Position numbers and translations under genes: made by a program
Part shown: positions 51,961 through 64,000 of the stretch, piece by piece
How the letters are laid out: every line of letters begins with the position of its first letter
Position numbering within the stretch: position 1 is the stretch's first letter
Notes under the pieces: model-generated
What the model saw: only the letters and a program-made list of their open reading frames with translations
What the model was told of the DNA's origin: nothing
The model's database searches: none
Assembly: GCA_951406725.2 (NCBI GenBank)
Contig: OX597815.1
Coordinates: 159,836,001-159,900,000 of the forward strand
DNA from: Octopus vulgaris
Taxonomy: Eukaryota
DNA length: 64,000 nt
Reading direction: 5' to 3'

Positions 51961-52892
51961 AATTATTGTTGATGCTATTTTGTATCATGCTCATGTTGTT
52001 CTTTCTTCTCTTAAACAATACAGTTATAGACATACCTTGCCATATGTGTCTGAACCATTTTGCTGAAGAAAACAATAAAGTAAGGATGGTGGTGGAGTGG
52101 GAGTCATTTGCAGATTTGACTGCTATTTCTAGCATTTCAAGCGACCATGCAAGGACTCTCTAATTGGCTCTTGTTACTATTTTTATTGTTGATATGAGTA
52201 GACAGAATTGTTAGAACATCAGAAAAAATGCTTAATTGTTCTTCCTACTCAATATGTCCTGACTTCAAATTCTGCCAAAATCAGCTTTGCCTTTCATCCT
52301 TTTGGAGTTAATAAAACAAGTACCAGTTGAGCATGGAGGTCAATATAATTAACTGATACCGTCTTCTTAAGAATTGCTGGCCTTGTGCCATTATGATCAT
52401 GATCTATTTATGTGACTAAAATAACCCATCTCATCAGTTAAAACCAGCAAATTAGTGAATGATTTTCAGTTCAGAATTTTACTAATAAATCATTATTAGC
52501 CTCATCTTATTTCTGTTGCCAGTCTAGAGGACAAATTAATTTTTAGTGCTTTTAATTCAGTTACAATACATCACCAGTGTTAGGTCATATTCTCATGAAC
52601 CTTGTACCTAGGTGGCTAACAGATTACAAACATTTTGAAACTGGAATGGAGCCTAGTTGGTGTAGGACATATGGACTGTGAAATAGTTTTGTTCTTCTTC
52701 CACATAGCAACTAATTGCTGATATTTTACTCGCTGGACACAGACCACAACAGAAATCTAAAACGGGCAAAAAAAATGGGGTGCTTGTAATTCCCAAATGA
52801 AGAACTAAACAAAACTACATTTTTTGACATCATCATCATCATCATCATTATCACTTAATGTCTGTTTTCCATCCTGGCATGATATATATATG

Positions 52893-53104
52893 ATGAGGTG
52901 CCCAAGAGTTCTTGGCTTTGGGTAAAAGAAAATACAGGAGAATCAGTTGATTATCATGTTATTCAACATATTCTCCTCTCAGATTCACAAACTTGTTGCA
53001 GAAGTCCTTCAGTTTTTCTAAGCCCTGTAAAAGAACTCAGAAGGGCTTCCAATCAGGCCTTTTGCAATACCCTTAAAGCCAGGAACTTTTCAGCACCCCC
53101 TCAT
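52893..53104. mobile_element. Mariner-type MITE
   Basis: Ends gaggtgcccaagagttcttggcttt and aaagccaggaacttttcagcaccccctca-ta. Confidence 0.7.
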
Positions 53105-54625
53105 AAGATCCTTTGCTCATTCACATTAATATGCAAGTGTGTGTGTTTGTGTGTGTGTGTCTGTGTGTGTGTGTGTGTTTATTCAGATGTAAATTATACA
53201 GGAATAAATTTTGGCAATGCTGTCTGAATAGAACTTTAGTTTGAGGTCTTTTTTATTTTACTCATTTATTTTTTTACACTGAAAAATAAAAAGGACCCTT
53301 AGAAATCTCTTTTGCTAAAGAAGGATTATCTTTCCCACATATAAAATAGCAAATAACTCATGCACAAGGCAATGCTTCGCTTACTCTTCAACATTAAATA
53401 TGCATCATCTTATCGTAAACATCTTCAAGTGAATTCTGACAAGAATCCCTTTTCTTCAGCATTTAATAAACTACTTTCAGCACTTAAAAGTATTGCGCAG
53501 GCACAATTCTTACCTTTCTTCCATTTATTGTTTTGTAGAATTTGTAGAATGCTAAATAGCACATTGTACTGTTGAAATCTGTCATGTCAAATGCATTAAG
53601 CTTGTCATAAAATATGAATATGAATACGCTCAAGCGCACATACAGATGCATACATGCACATAATATACACATACACATGCACACACCCACGCACACACAC
53701 ATCCACACACACACACGCACATACATAAATATATACACACATATTCAGTTAAGAAGATTGCTTTACATATTCCTTGTCAAACTGTTTTGGCTGCATCCTT
53801 TTGTTCAAATTTGCAAAGTATGTTCTTCGTATACTATTACAAGATTAGGAAGGCATTTACTGTATTTTTTCATCTTGCGTTAATCTTCTTATATCATCAT
53901 ATGCCATTACAACATAAAAGTGTCATTTCATTTTCTTTTTATTATTATCATTATCAGCATTGGTGTTGTTGCTGCTGTTGTTGTTGTTGTGGCACTTGCA
54001 ACTTTTGAAGTAATGCAACACTGAGCGTTGTGTTATTCTTCAGTTCATGTTTCCATAGAAATGCATGTAGGTAGAACAGTGGAAGCAGTAACTGTTGCTG
54101 TTGACGAAAATGGTATTCCATTTCATTCCATTTTTGGGAACTGGATTTGGAAGAAGGTTTAAAGTGAAGAATTCTATTTTTATTTCTGTGTAAATATGAG
54201 AATCAGCATCTCAAAATTCCATTTCAATCTAGATGTAAATATGAAGTTTCAAAGAAATGTAGTGAGCTGGTTGGGGGTGGGGGCGGGGGACGGGTGGTGG
54301 GGTGTAATGCACAATGCATTTTGAAGATAATTTCTCGGATTTAAACCTCAAGTTAGTCTTGTGCTATACTTCCATTCATTTTAGAATATATTTCAGAGGG
54401 ATATAAATTTACTCTTAAACTTGACTGACTTTCATCATTCCAGAGTAGATAAAATATTTGTCCCAGAATTATGAAAGGCAGAATTGGCTTTAGGAGAATT
54501 TGAACTGATCTTGACTGCATTGCATTATTCTAGGATACATGGAATAATGATGAAAGGTAGAGTTGACTTTGGAGGGTCAGTGTTTGCCTTATTAATAAGT
54601 ATCATTACTAACTAGCCAATGCAAA

Positions 54626-54933
54626 TTTGTTGTTTGTTCATTCTCAAGCCATTCCTGGCTCATAAAGACCGGTTTCCTGGTTTCCTTGGCATATAGGTTC
54701 CCCACCTGGATGGGACACCAATCCGTTGCAGGTGAACTGCAAGATGCAGGAGGAAAGAGTGAGAGAAAGTTGTGGCAAAAGAGTCAGCAGAAGTTCGCCA
54801 TTACCTTCTGCCGGAGCCGCGTGGAACTTAGGTGTTTCACTCATAAACACACACATCGCCCAGTCTGAGATTCAAACCCGCGATCCTTCGACCGCAAGTC
54901 CGCTGCTCTAACCACTAGGTCATGTGCTTCCAG
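54626..54933 (-). mobile_element. V-SINE-like SINE
   Basis: Minus-strand A and B boxes (gacctagtggttagagc, ggtttgaatc) and gattggtgtcccatccagg motif. Confidence 0.8.
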
Positions 54934-55310
54934 CAGCTAATACAAGGCATTTTGTCTAGTATTCAGATGATTTTGCCTATCATTTATTTGTGAAGTAAAT
55001 TATAAACAGCTCAGGCAGGAGAAATTCAGCTGATTCTTGTTTCACAGGTGTTTTTATGAAAAGTGAAAATGCTACAATTTGACAAATAGATGAAAACATT
55101 ACCAGTATCTTAAAAATTTTCTCATAGCATTTATACTGAAGTGCATGATGCAGTTGAAAAGAGTTTGAATTATTGATCTCCACTCAACAATATTACCAGC
55201 TGCTGACTGCTATTCTGTAATACTTATGCTTGTTTTTACTACGAATTTATCCTATTAAATGTGATATTTTATTAAAAGAAAACTATTGTCTTTACTTTTA
55301 TATTTTAATG

Positions 55311-55530
55311 CGTTAATATCCAGATCACTCTGTCAAATGTAATGCTTATTTATTCACATTGTTTGAATTAATCATGCATTATCTTATAACTACGAGATTG
55401 TGATGATGTGACTCTTTATCTTATAATGACTTTGTAGAGTAGGTGTTAGAAGTCAGATCTGGCAGATTTGAACATAAAATGGGTAGAATATTTGAATCAG
55501 ATATGACCAGTTTAAATGCTTAACGGTTAA
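55311..55530 (-). mobile_element. piggyBac-type MITE
   Basis: Reverse orientation of the 6044/62092 family. Confidence 0.75.
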
Positions 55531-56152
55531 GTTTGTGAACAATGTTTAAATAACAATGACTGCTTTGTCATCGATACTGTTGTCTTTTTATCCATTTTTT
55601 TCCCAGCTGGCATGGGCTGAATGAAACTTGTGGTAATCTAATGTAATAAATGTGAATGTCAGTGTGTCACACTTTTTCAGTTTTACTCCTAGAGGCCATA
55701 GCCGAACATACTATACCATTTTGGAATCAGGCCGACACCATGAATAAATTTAAAACATTCCAGGCTGAAGCTGGACCCACAATCCTGAAATTTTGGATTC
55801 CCAAGTTTTCATTACTGTGAATGTTTCAGGCGATTTATTTATGTGATTTTTTGCATCAAATTTTTTTGTACAATAACAATTTTTATAACTTGGAAATAAA
55901 TTTAGGGAATAATCAAAATTAATTTTGAAATCCAGCAGTTATTTTCTGCAAATTTTTTTTTTACATGATTTTTTGCGACGAATATGATCATTATTGGTAT
56001 ATGACTCTGGAGGAAGCAATTGCAACAAATTCTCCAAAGCAAGTCAGAGATTTGCTTGCAGATCTTCCCATTTGGGGTCAGTAGCTTAAAAGCTATATAC
56101 TAGCTTAAAAGCTGCTTGATATGGTGGCTTTTAGGCTAGTATACATATACAG

Positions 56153-56491
56153 TGAAGGCGCATGGCTCAGTGGTTAGAGCATCGAGCTTATGATCGTGAG
56201 TGTTATGAGCTTGAATTCCGAACCGGGCTATGTGTTGTGTTCTTGAGCAAGACACTTTACTTCATGTTGCTCCAGGTCACTCAGCTGTAGAAATGAGTTG
56301 CGATATTACAAGTGCCAAGCTGTATCAGCCGTTGCCTTTCCCTTGGATAACACTGGTGGTGTGGAGAAGGGAGGCCGGTATGCATGGGCAACTGCTGGTC
56401 TTCCATTAACAACCTTGCCCGGACTTGTGCCTGGGAGGGTAACTTTTTAGGTGCAATCCCATGGTCAGTGTTGTGACTGAAGGGGGTCTCA
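56153..56491 (+). mobile_element. tRNA-derived SINE (family C2), full length
   Basis: 10-bp TSD ACATATACAG at 56143-56152 and 56493-56502. Confidence 0.9.
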
Positions 56492-56660
56492 GACATATAC
56501 AGGGCTAGATATTCTTCCAGTCACCAACTCTTGTTTATTCTTGTAAGGTATTTGCATTATTCTATTGGCTTTACAATTCTAAATCCTTGAGCTGCAGGGC
56601 ATATATCACCATTGCCCAAATAGTTTTTATGCCCATGTGTGAAGGTATTATGTTTCTTCT

Positions 56661-56886
56661 TTAATCCTTTAGCATTCACATTATTTGTCAAAAGTAATGG
56701 TTATTTGTTCACATTCTTTTGAATTAGTGATGTAGTAGTTTGTGGCTTTGAGATTTTGATGAACCAACTGTTAATTTTAGAATGATATTGTAGGGTTGGT
56801 GTGAGAGGCCAGATCTGACCAGTTTGAGCATAAAACATGTAGAATATTTGGGCCAAATATGACTAGTTTAAGTGCTGAAGGGTTAA
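56661..56886 (-). mobile_element. piggyBac-type MITE
   Basis: ttaatcctttagcattc...agtgctgaagggttaa. Confidence 0.8.
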
Positions 56887-57979
56887 TCCTTAGTTAGTGA
56901 CCAGACAGGGAGGCTGTCATCTCAACCAATACACTGCCGTGGGTGCTGCTGGATGATGGACTCTGGTGCTGGTCTTAGATTGAGTGAGATTGAGGCACTG
57001 CAACTGTGAACACACATAGAAACAAACACTCTCTCTCTTTCTCACTCTTGGACACACACACACATACACATATATATGAAGGCTTCTGAAGAGTTTATGT
57101 CTACCAAATTTCATCCCCAAGTTATTGTTCAACCTGAGGCTATAGAAGAAGACACTTGCCCAAAGGAGCAATGCAATGAAATGGAGCCTGAATTCACATG
57201 ACTGTAAAGTGAATTTCCCAACCACACAACTATGCCTGCAACCTACGTATGTTTGACAAATATTAAACTTAACTTCAATTCCGTCTTGTTTACATAAAAG
57301 ACCATATTGTGACACACACCTATTACTAATATATTATCCAGACATAACCACTTCAGAGAACAGTTGGCTTTGGAAAAACACTGAACTACAAAAGCTTGGT
57401 TCGACCTATTCATCTTCCTATCTCATATGATTACTAGTGTATGTGGAAATGATTTCCCTGCTATTAACATTGAATGGATAGTAGATGTTATTTTGTCAGC
57501 GTTTCACTCTTTCAGTTGAAAATGAAATTGAAAGTAATTCAATTATTCAAGCCTCAAAAAAGTTAAGTCATATTTCCTTTTAAGTGTATTGAATTAAATA
57601 GAGACAAAAAGGGGACAGCAGTATTTTTACACCAAATATATACATTACAAATATATGCCTATATACATAGCATATATATGTATTTTGTATATATGTTAAT
57701 ATATATGTATTATGTATATATAATATGTGTGTATGTATATATGGCTATATTATGTAGGTATGATATATCTGCCTCTATATATGTATAAAATGTATGTGTG
57801 TGCATATATTTATATACATACATTATATTTTTATATTATACACACAGATATATGCATATACACATATATATGCAAATATATATGCAAATATATATAAGTA
57901 TATAAGCTAATATATACAGATGTATACTTATCTGTCCAGACACGCTCCCACACACACATAAATAATACATGTGAATGTA

Positions 57980-58010
<31 letters not shown>

Positions 58011-58057
58011 GTGTGTGTGTAGTATTTATATACGTTTATCTACATATGTATAAAATT

Positions 58058-58148
<91 letters not shown>

Positions 58149-58395
58149 TATACACTCAAGTATATGTATATATGCACATATATAAGTACATAAACAAATG
58201 TATATTGAGGTACACACACACACACACACGTCAGTAACCAAGAAAAGAGAAGATAAAATCCTAATCAAATATTTTCAGTTTTATCTGTTAACAATTCCTG
58301 ATATTATGTTGGCTAAGTCTGTTGACAGACATTTTGCGATATACCCGTTTATTTAATAAGTAAGACTAATCATACTGTTACTGTAATTGTTGCTA

Positions 58396-58450
<55 letters not shown>

Positions 58451-58794
58451 CTTTAAGGTGGTAGATTGACAAAATTGTTAGTGAGTCAGGTAGAATGTTT
58501 TGTAGTGTTTTATCCCAGCTGCCTGATCTTTGAGTTCAAAAATCTGTGTGAGTCAGCTTTGCCTTTCATTGATAATAATGTACAATTCTAGAATGGTGGA
58601 ATAACAGAATTATTGGAACATTGGACAAACTGCTTTGCTGCTTTTCACAGCCTGCATTTAAATCTTGCTGATGTCCTCTTTGCCTTTTCTCCTTCTGTGG
58701 ATGATAAAATAAAATACCAGTGAAGTGCTAGCATAGATTTAATCTATTAATCACCCGACATCAATTGCTAGTCTTGTGCCATTGTTACATAAAG

Positions 58795-59050
58795 AGCACC
58801 TGTGCTGGTGCCACATATAAAGCACCTATGCTGGTGCCATGTAAAAAGTCCTCCTGTTGGTGCCACATATGAAGCTTTTGTGCTGATGCCATGTAAAATG
58901 CACCCTGTTCAGTCTGTAAAGTGGTTGACGTTAGGAAGGGCATCCAGCCATAGAAACCATGCTAAAATGGACAACTGAAACCTGATGCAGATCTCTGGCT
59001 TGCCAGCTCTTGTCAAACCATTGAACCCATGTCAGCATAGAAAACTGATG
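58795..59050 (+). mobile_element. RTE-derived non-autonomous element (family D)
   Basis: Four gctggtgccac/atgtaaaa units, then gttgacgttaggaagggcatccagcc. Confidence 0.8.
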
Positions 59051-59154
59051 TTTATAATAATAATAACTATTTCTACTAAAGACACAAGGCCTGAAATTTG
59101 GTGGGAGGGGATTAGTTGACTACATCAACCCCAGTGTTTCACTGGTACTTCCTG

Positions 59155-60158
59155 GGTTTACCTCTTCCACAGGTTCCCTCCACTGTTAGGGTGTGATATG
59201 TCCTCATCCATATGCAACACATGATCATACCAGTGCAGTCGTCTCTCTTGCACACCATATGAAGCTAGTATGCTCCACTGGATGTGTAATGTCAGTGTAC
59301 ATACATGACAGAGTGTAAGCACTCTGAGAGAAAAGTTGGACATAAGAAGCATCACCTTGATAATGGAAGCTACTAACTACTTCTAGTTTTTCCCTCTGGC
59401 ATGTGATGGAATCTGTTTTCAGTGCATCTTTGGTGTTTATTGTCCCTGTGCATCTACCGCCACACACAAAACCTATCCTCCCAGTTAACCTTCCTTTGAT
59501 ATTGCTGCACCTTTTATGTGTCCATAGCTTATATCAGGTATATCGTCTAGAGTTTCTACCTACACCTTTTCTACAGATAAAGCATGGCCATCTACCTGAA
59601 GGGACTTGTGATTTGTCTGTCTTCCTACTTACTAAGACTGGTTTTTGTTAGATTGACTCTAAGGCCCTTCGATTCTAGACCTTGCTTTCACACCTGAAAC
59701 TTCTCTAGTTCTGGTAGTCACTCAGTTATTAGAGCAAGGTCATCAGCATAGAGGAGCTCCCAGAGGCAGCTTGTCTTGAATTCCTAGAGGACTATGATGA
59801 ATGAGATGGGACTGAGGACTGATCTCTGGTGAACTCCTACTGCTACCCGGAATTCTTTACTATACTCATTGCCAACCCTCACCTTACTGACTTCATCCTG
59901 GTACATGGTTTGTACAGCTCTCACCATCCACTCATCCATTCCTAATTTCCACATTGATCACCAGATAAGGGATTGGGGGACCAAGTACAAAGGTTTATCT
60001 TTGGTTAGGAATTTCTCCTGCAGTTGTTTTACCAGAAATATAGCATCAGTGTGGCTTCTCCCTGGCACAGACCCAAACTCCATCTCATCTAAACTAACTC
60101 TCTCCCTAATTAGTTGGGCTATGACCCTCTCTGTGACTTTCATCACCGGATCCAACAA
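59155..60158 (-). mobile_element. RTE-clade LINE reverse transcriptase relic (deleted and frameshifted)
   Basis: MKVTERVIAQLIRERVSLDEMEFGSVPGRSHTDAIFLVKQLQEKFLTKDKPLY; catalytic WELLYADDLAL at about 59732-59765; RRLHWYDHVLHM near 59210-59245. Confidence 0.9.
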
Positions 60159-60166
60159 TCTTTCAT

Positions 60167-60562
60167 GTTTTACTTGTTTCAGTCATTAGACTGTGGCCAT
60201 GCTGGATACCACCTTGAAGAATTTCTAGTCAAATGCACCAATCCCGGTACTTATTTTTTTAAAGCCAGGTACTTATTCTATCTGTCTCTTCTGCTGAACT
60301 GTTACATTACAAGGACATAAACACACCAACACCAGTTGTCAAGCAGTGGTGGGGCAAGGACAAACACTGACACAAAGACACACACACAGAGGTATACATA
60401 TATACAATGGGCTTCTTTCAGTTTCTGTCTAACAAATCCACTCACAAGTCTTTGGTTGACCCGAGGCTTTAGAAGAAGACACTTGCCCAAGGTAAAATGC
60501 AGTGAGATGGAACCTAGACCCATGTAGCTGGGAAGTAAGCTTCTTACCACACGGCCACATGC
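60167..60562 (-). mobile_element. Full-length CORE-type SINE (family B)
   Basis: Complete head, CORE and 3' body in reverse orientation. Confidence 0.9.
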
Positions 60563-61003
60563 ATATATATGCTATGTATATATGTATATATACATAACAT
60601 ATATATTTGGTGTAAAAATATTGCTGTCCCCTTTTCATCTCTATGTAATTCAATACAGTTGAAAGGAAATATGACTTAACTTTTTTGAGGCTTGAATAAT
60701 TGAATTACTTTCAGTTTCATTTTCAACTGAAAGTGTGAAATGTTGACAAAATAACATTTACTATCCATTCAATGTTAATAATGGGGAAAATCAACAGAAA
60801 TGGTAGCATACTGGATTACTGGATAAACTATCTTATCTTATTTTGTTACATCCTAATTTCAAATCTTGCCAGGATTCAGCTTTGTTCTTCATCTTTCCAA
60901 AATCAATAGATAAGTATTAGGTGGAGGAGGGAGTCCATTGACTGTACATTCCCTCAAAATGTGTGTCCACACATCAATTTTAAAGAACATTGTTTTATAT
61001 GGT

Positions 61004-61227
61004 TTAACCATTTAGCATTTAAACAGGCTGTATCCGGCTAAAATATTCTACTTTATGTTAAAACTGGCCAGATGTAGCTTCTCATATCTACTCTAAAATG
61101 TCATTTTAAGCATAAACAATCACATCATTGAAATTTTAAGGATACAAGATAATGCAGGATAAATTCAAAACAAGGTGGATAAATGAGCCTTACATTTGAC
61201 AGATGAATCGGAATGCTAAAGGGTTAA
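61004..61227 (+). mobile_element. piggyBac-type MITE
   Basis: ttaaccatttagcattt...aatgctaaagggttaa. Confidence 0.85.
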
Positions 61228-62091
61228 AGTAATGAATAGCTAGAAGCAGAAGTGTACCAAAGGAAACTCTTTAAAGTGTTTAGTTACAACCTTTTCTATC
61301 CTCATTTCAAATTCTAACAGGATCTTGACATTAACTTTCATTTCTTTTGAATAAAAAGATCAAAGGTCCCTCCCAAGTCATAAGTTCACAAGGCCAGTTT
61401 CCTGGATTCTGTAGCATATATATTATACCCTGGGTAGGCTGGAGCAATGTGAAATGAAGCATTTTGCTAAAGAACACAATGCATTACCTAGCCCAGGAAT
61501 TGAAACCATAAGCTTAGAATCATGAGTGCAACACCCTAACCATTAAGCCTCACATCTTTACTTCTGGGGTTAATGAAATAAATACCTAATAAATATACAT
61601 GTACTCAACGTTATTTAATCAACTGCTTCTTGTTAATTTTCTTTTTTTTCCTATTGATTCTAGTTTTGAGCTGTGACCATAACAGCAGCTTCCAATTGAA
61701 ATTCATATGCTGCTGTCTTAAAAGGACACATTGGCTACACAAAGAGAGGGTGGTCATCATTGGAATATCTTTGATCATAGGTTTGCTCAATCAGGGCTGA
61801 CTTGAAGCTTGAATGACAACAAATGTTCATAACCTTATGTTAACATCCATTTTCTCTGCCCACTGTTCCTCAGAGGGCCATGGGAGTAGAGTTCTCAGGT
61901 GCCTCCTCCATAGGATCCTATCAGAAGCAACTGTCATTAGACTCTCTGGCTGCATTCCTAAACATGACCAACCGGAATGAATATCATCCAACTATCTTGC
62001 TCTTGATTTACCCTTAGGTCTCCTGCTAGCTGGTTCAGCTTCAAGGACTCATCTTGCAATTTTTTCCCCTTGTTAATATGTTTATATGCAT

Positions 62092-62319
62092 TAACCCTTT
62101 AGCATTTAAACCGGCCATATCCGGCCAAAAATATTCTACCTGTTTTATGTTCAAACTGGCCAGATCTGGTCTCTCACACCAACCCTACAATATTGTTTAA
62201 AAAATTAACAGCTACCTCATCAAAATCTCATAGCTACAAGATAATGCATGATTAGTTCAAAACAATGTGGATAAAAAAGCATTAATTTTGGCAGAATAAT
62301 GCAAACACTAAAGGGTTAA
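62092..62319 (+). mobile_element. piggyBac-type MITE
   Basis: TTAACCCTTTAGCATTT...CACTAAAGGGTTAA. Confidence 0.9.
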
Positions 62320-62924
62320 GGCAGCGAACTGGCACAATGATTAGCTCACTGAGCAAAATGCTCGACGATATTTCATCTGTCTTCATGTTCTGAGTTCAAA
62401 TTCTGCTGAGGTCCACTTTGTCTTTCATCCTTTCAGGCTCTATAAAATAAATACTAGTTGAGTGTTGGGGGTGATGTAATTGACTTACCCCCTCACCTAC
62501 AAATTGTTGGCTTTGTTCCAAACTTTGAAATCAATATGTATTATATAAATAAGACTAAAATGAAAATTGTTACTGAAGATAGTGTCCTACTTTCAAAAGC
62601 ATTTTATCTATTCAGTGTTCTGACTTCACTAGTAACCTCTTGCTTTTCATTTAAATGGGGTGGATAAAATAAAGTGAAATCTATTTAACTAAAATACACG
62701 TATTTCTCAACACAACTTGTTCCATATAATAGTCAAAAGAAATCAAAACCATTATCTCCATTTCTCAGGCTTTCACGTAGCACTGTATAGAAATATAGTT
62801 AAAATCTTTTACTAGTAATTTCCAGTTCATTAAAAGTGTTCCGTTTTTATTTCATACAACAGAGAATATCATAAAACTGCTCTTAAGTAAACAAGTTTGT
62901 TTAATGGTTCACTCTTTTGTTCAG

Positions 62925-62935
62925 GTTTTAGAAAA
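62925..62935 (+). CDS. Candidate 11-nt microexon (GTTTTAGAAAA)
   Basis: Acceptor ttcactcttttgttcAG, donor AAA|GTAAGT. Confidence 0.4.
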
Positions 62936-64000
62936 GTAAGTAAAATCCACAGTTTATTAAAACTTTTGCTATTAAATCTCATGATCTTTTTTTAAAGGGA
63001 GACATTTGGTTGTTGTCAAAAATTGCCTTTTGTCTGTAGTTTCATTAGATATCTAGTCTTTTTTTATTTCATTGTCTTGTAGCAGATTTTTATTTTCTTA
63101 TATCTCTTATTCAGTATCACTTAGTGAGATGCAGATTTTTACTTTAAAGTTCTTGTACAAATTTAAAGAATACTGCATTTGAAACCTAACAAATATTTTT
63201 ATACTCTTCAAAATCACCTTATTTTCCTATAATTTCAAAAGTTTCTGAAACAAAGAAAAACAAAAACAAAAAAAAAAACCCAACAAACTCACTTTTAATC
63301 TTATTTCAAGATTTTGCAAAATGGAAATCTCTGGTAGGAATAAATCTAATGAAATTAAGGTGATTTTAATCCTCAAATATTCTACCTTGACAAAACTTGC
63401 ACTAATGTTGCTGTTTAACTCTAGGTCATCTATCAAAAAGTCATATCATCAAAAGTATTCCAATCTCAGGCATAATTAATCATCCACTGTCTCTTTCCTT
63501 TTTCTAGATAGGCAAATCTGTGAATAGGCAAATCAGCTGCTGTCTCTAGCAAGCCTAACAGCCACATAGTGGCTCCTCAATTTGCTAACCCTAACCCTTT
63601 CAAAGTAGTGTGTCTACATGGCTGCAGTTCACTAACCAAAAACAAATAAACAACAAAAGATGACCTAAAATCTTTCCATACCTTTTGTCCTCTTTAATCA
63701 ACCTCACCAGAGGAATACACCCCACTCTCCAGCTATTCATATCACTTTTTGTCCTCTTTATAAATGCAAATGCCACTGCAGTTATCTTACCTAAATATTC
63801 AACCTGTACACTTCATACTCAACCACATTAATATTTGTATTTGAAGCAGCAAACTGACGGAATCATTGGATCACTGGGCATTTCATCTGTCTTCATGCTC
63901 TGAGTTTCACATTCAACTAAGGTTGACTTTGTCTTTGATCCTTTTGGGGATCAATAAAATAAGTACCAGCTGAATACAGGGGTTGATGTAATTGACTTAC

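Larger units (their letters stand above)
57450..60793. repeat. Inverted repeat, arms about 230 bp, about 2.9 kb apart
   Basis: Arms 57450-57680 and 60562-60793; 52-bp perfect core at 57529-57580 and 60662-60713. Confidence 0.9.

Noticed and set aside
56521-56547. 27-nt candidate exon (ttccAG...AAG|gtattt)
   Set aside because: Short pyrimidine tract directly after a SINE TSD and a moderate donor; no further support.
63585-63600. CTAACCCTAACCC telomere-like motif
   Set aside because: Only two units; not a telomeric array.

Overview
This is AT-rich eukaryotic DNA with no long protein-coding ORF; almost every entry in the ORF track comes from microsatellites or SINEs. The repeat set (tRNA-derived CORE-, V- and Meta-type SINEs, RTE-derived short elements, TTAA MITEs, very dense TA/CA microsatellites) is typical of an octopus genome; this is an inference, not a database result. 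The window reads as intronic DNA of one large + strand gene that I cannot name. Support for that gene: one convincing 149-nt exon (15603-15751), several candidate microexons of 7-33 nt with good splice signals that join in open frames, and two candidate internal promoters marked by RFX X-box motifs. Structural highlights: three long inverted repeats whose arms match no dispersed repeat family in the window (20.6-21.1, 43.9-44.9 and 57.5-60.8 kb), one of them bracketing a candidate 16-nt microexon; three decayed Penelope-type minimal hammerhead ribozymes; a non-autonomous Helitron; and relics of CRE, R4/Dong and RTE retrotransposons. All exon calls come from reading splice signals by eye and need RNA-seq. 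Coordinates of decayed repeats are approximate.
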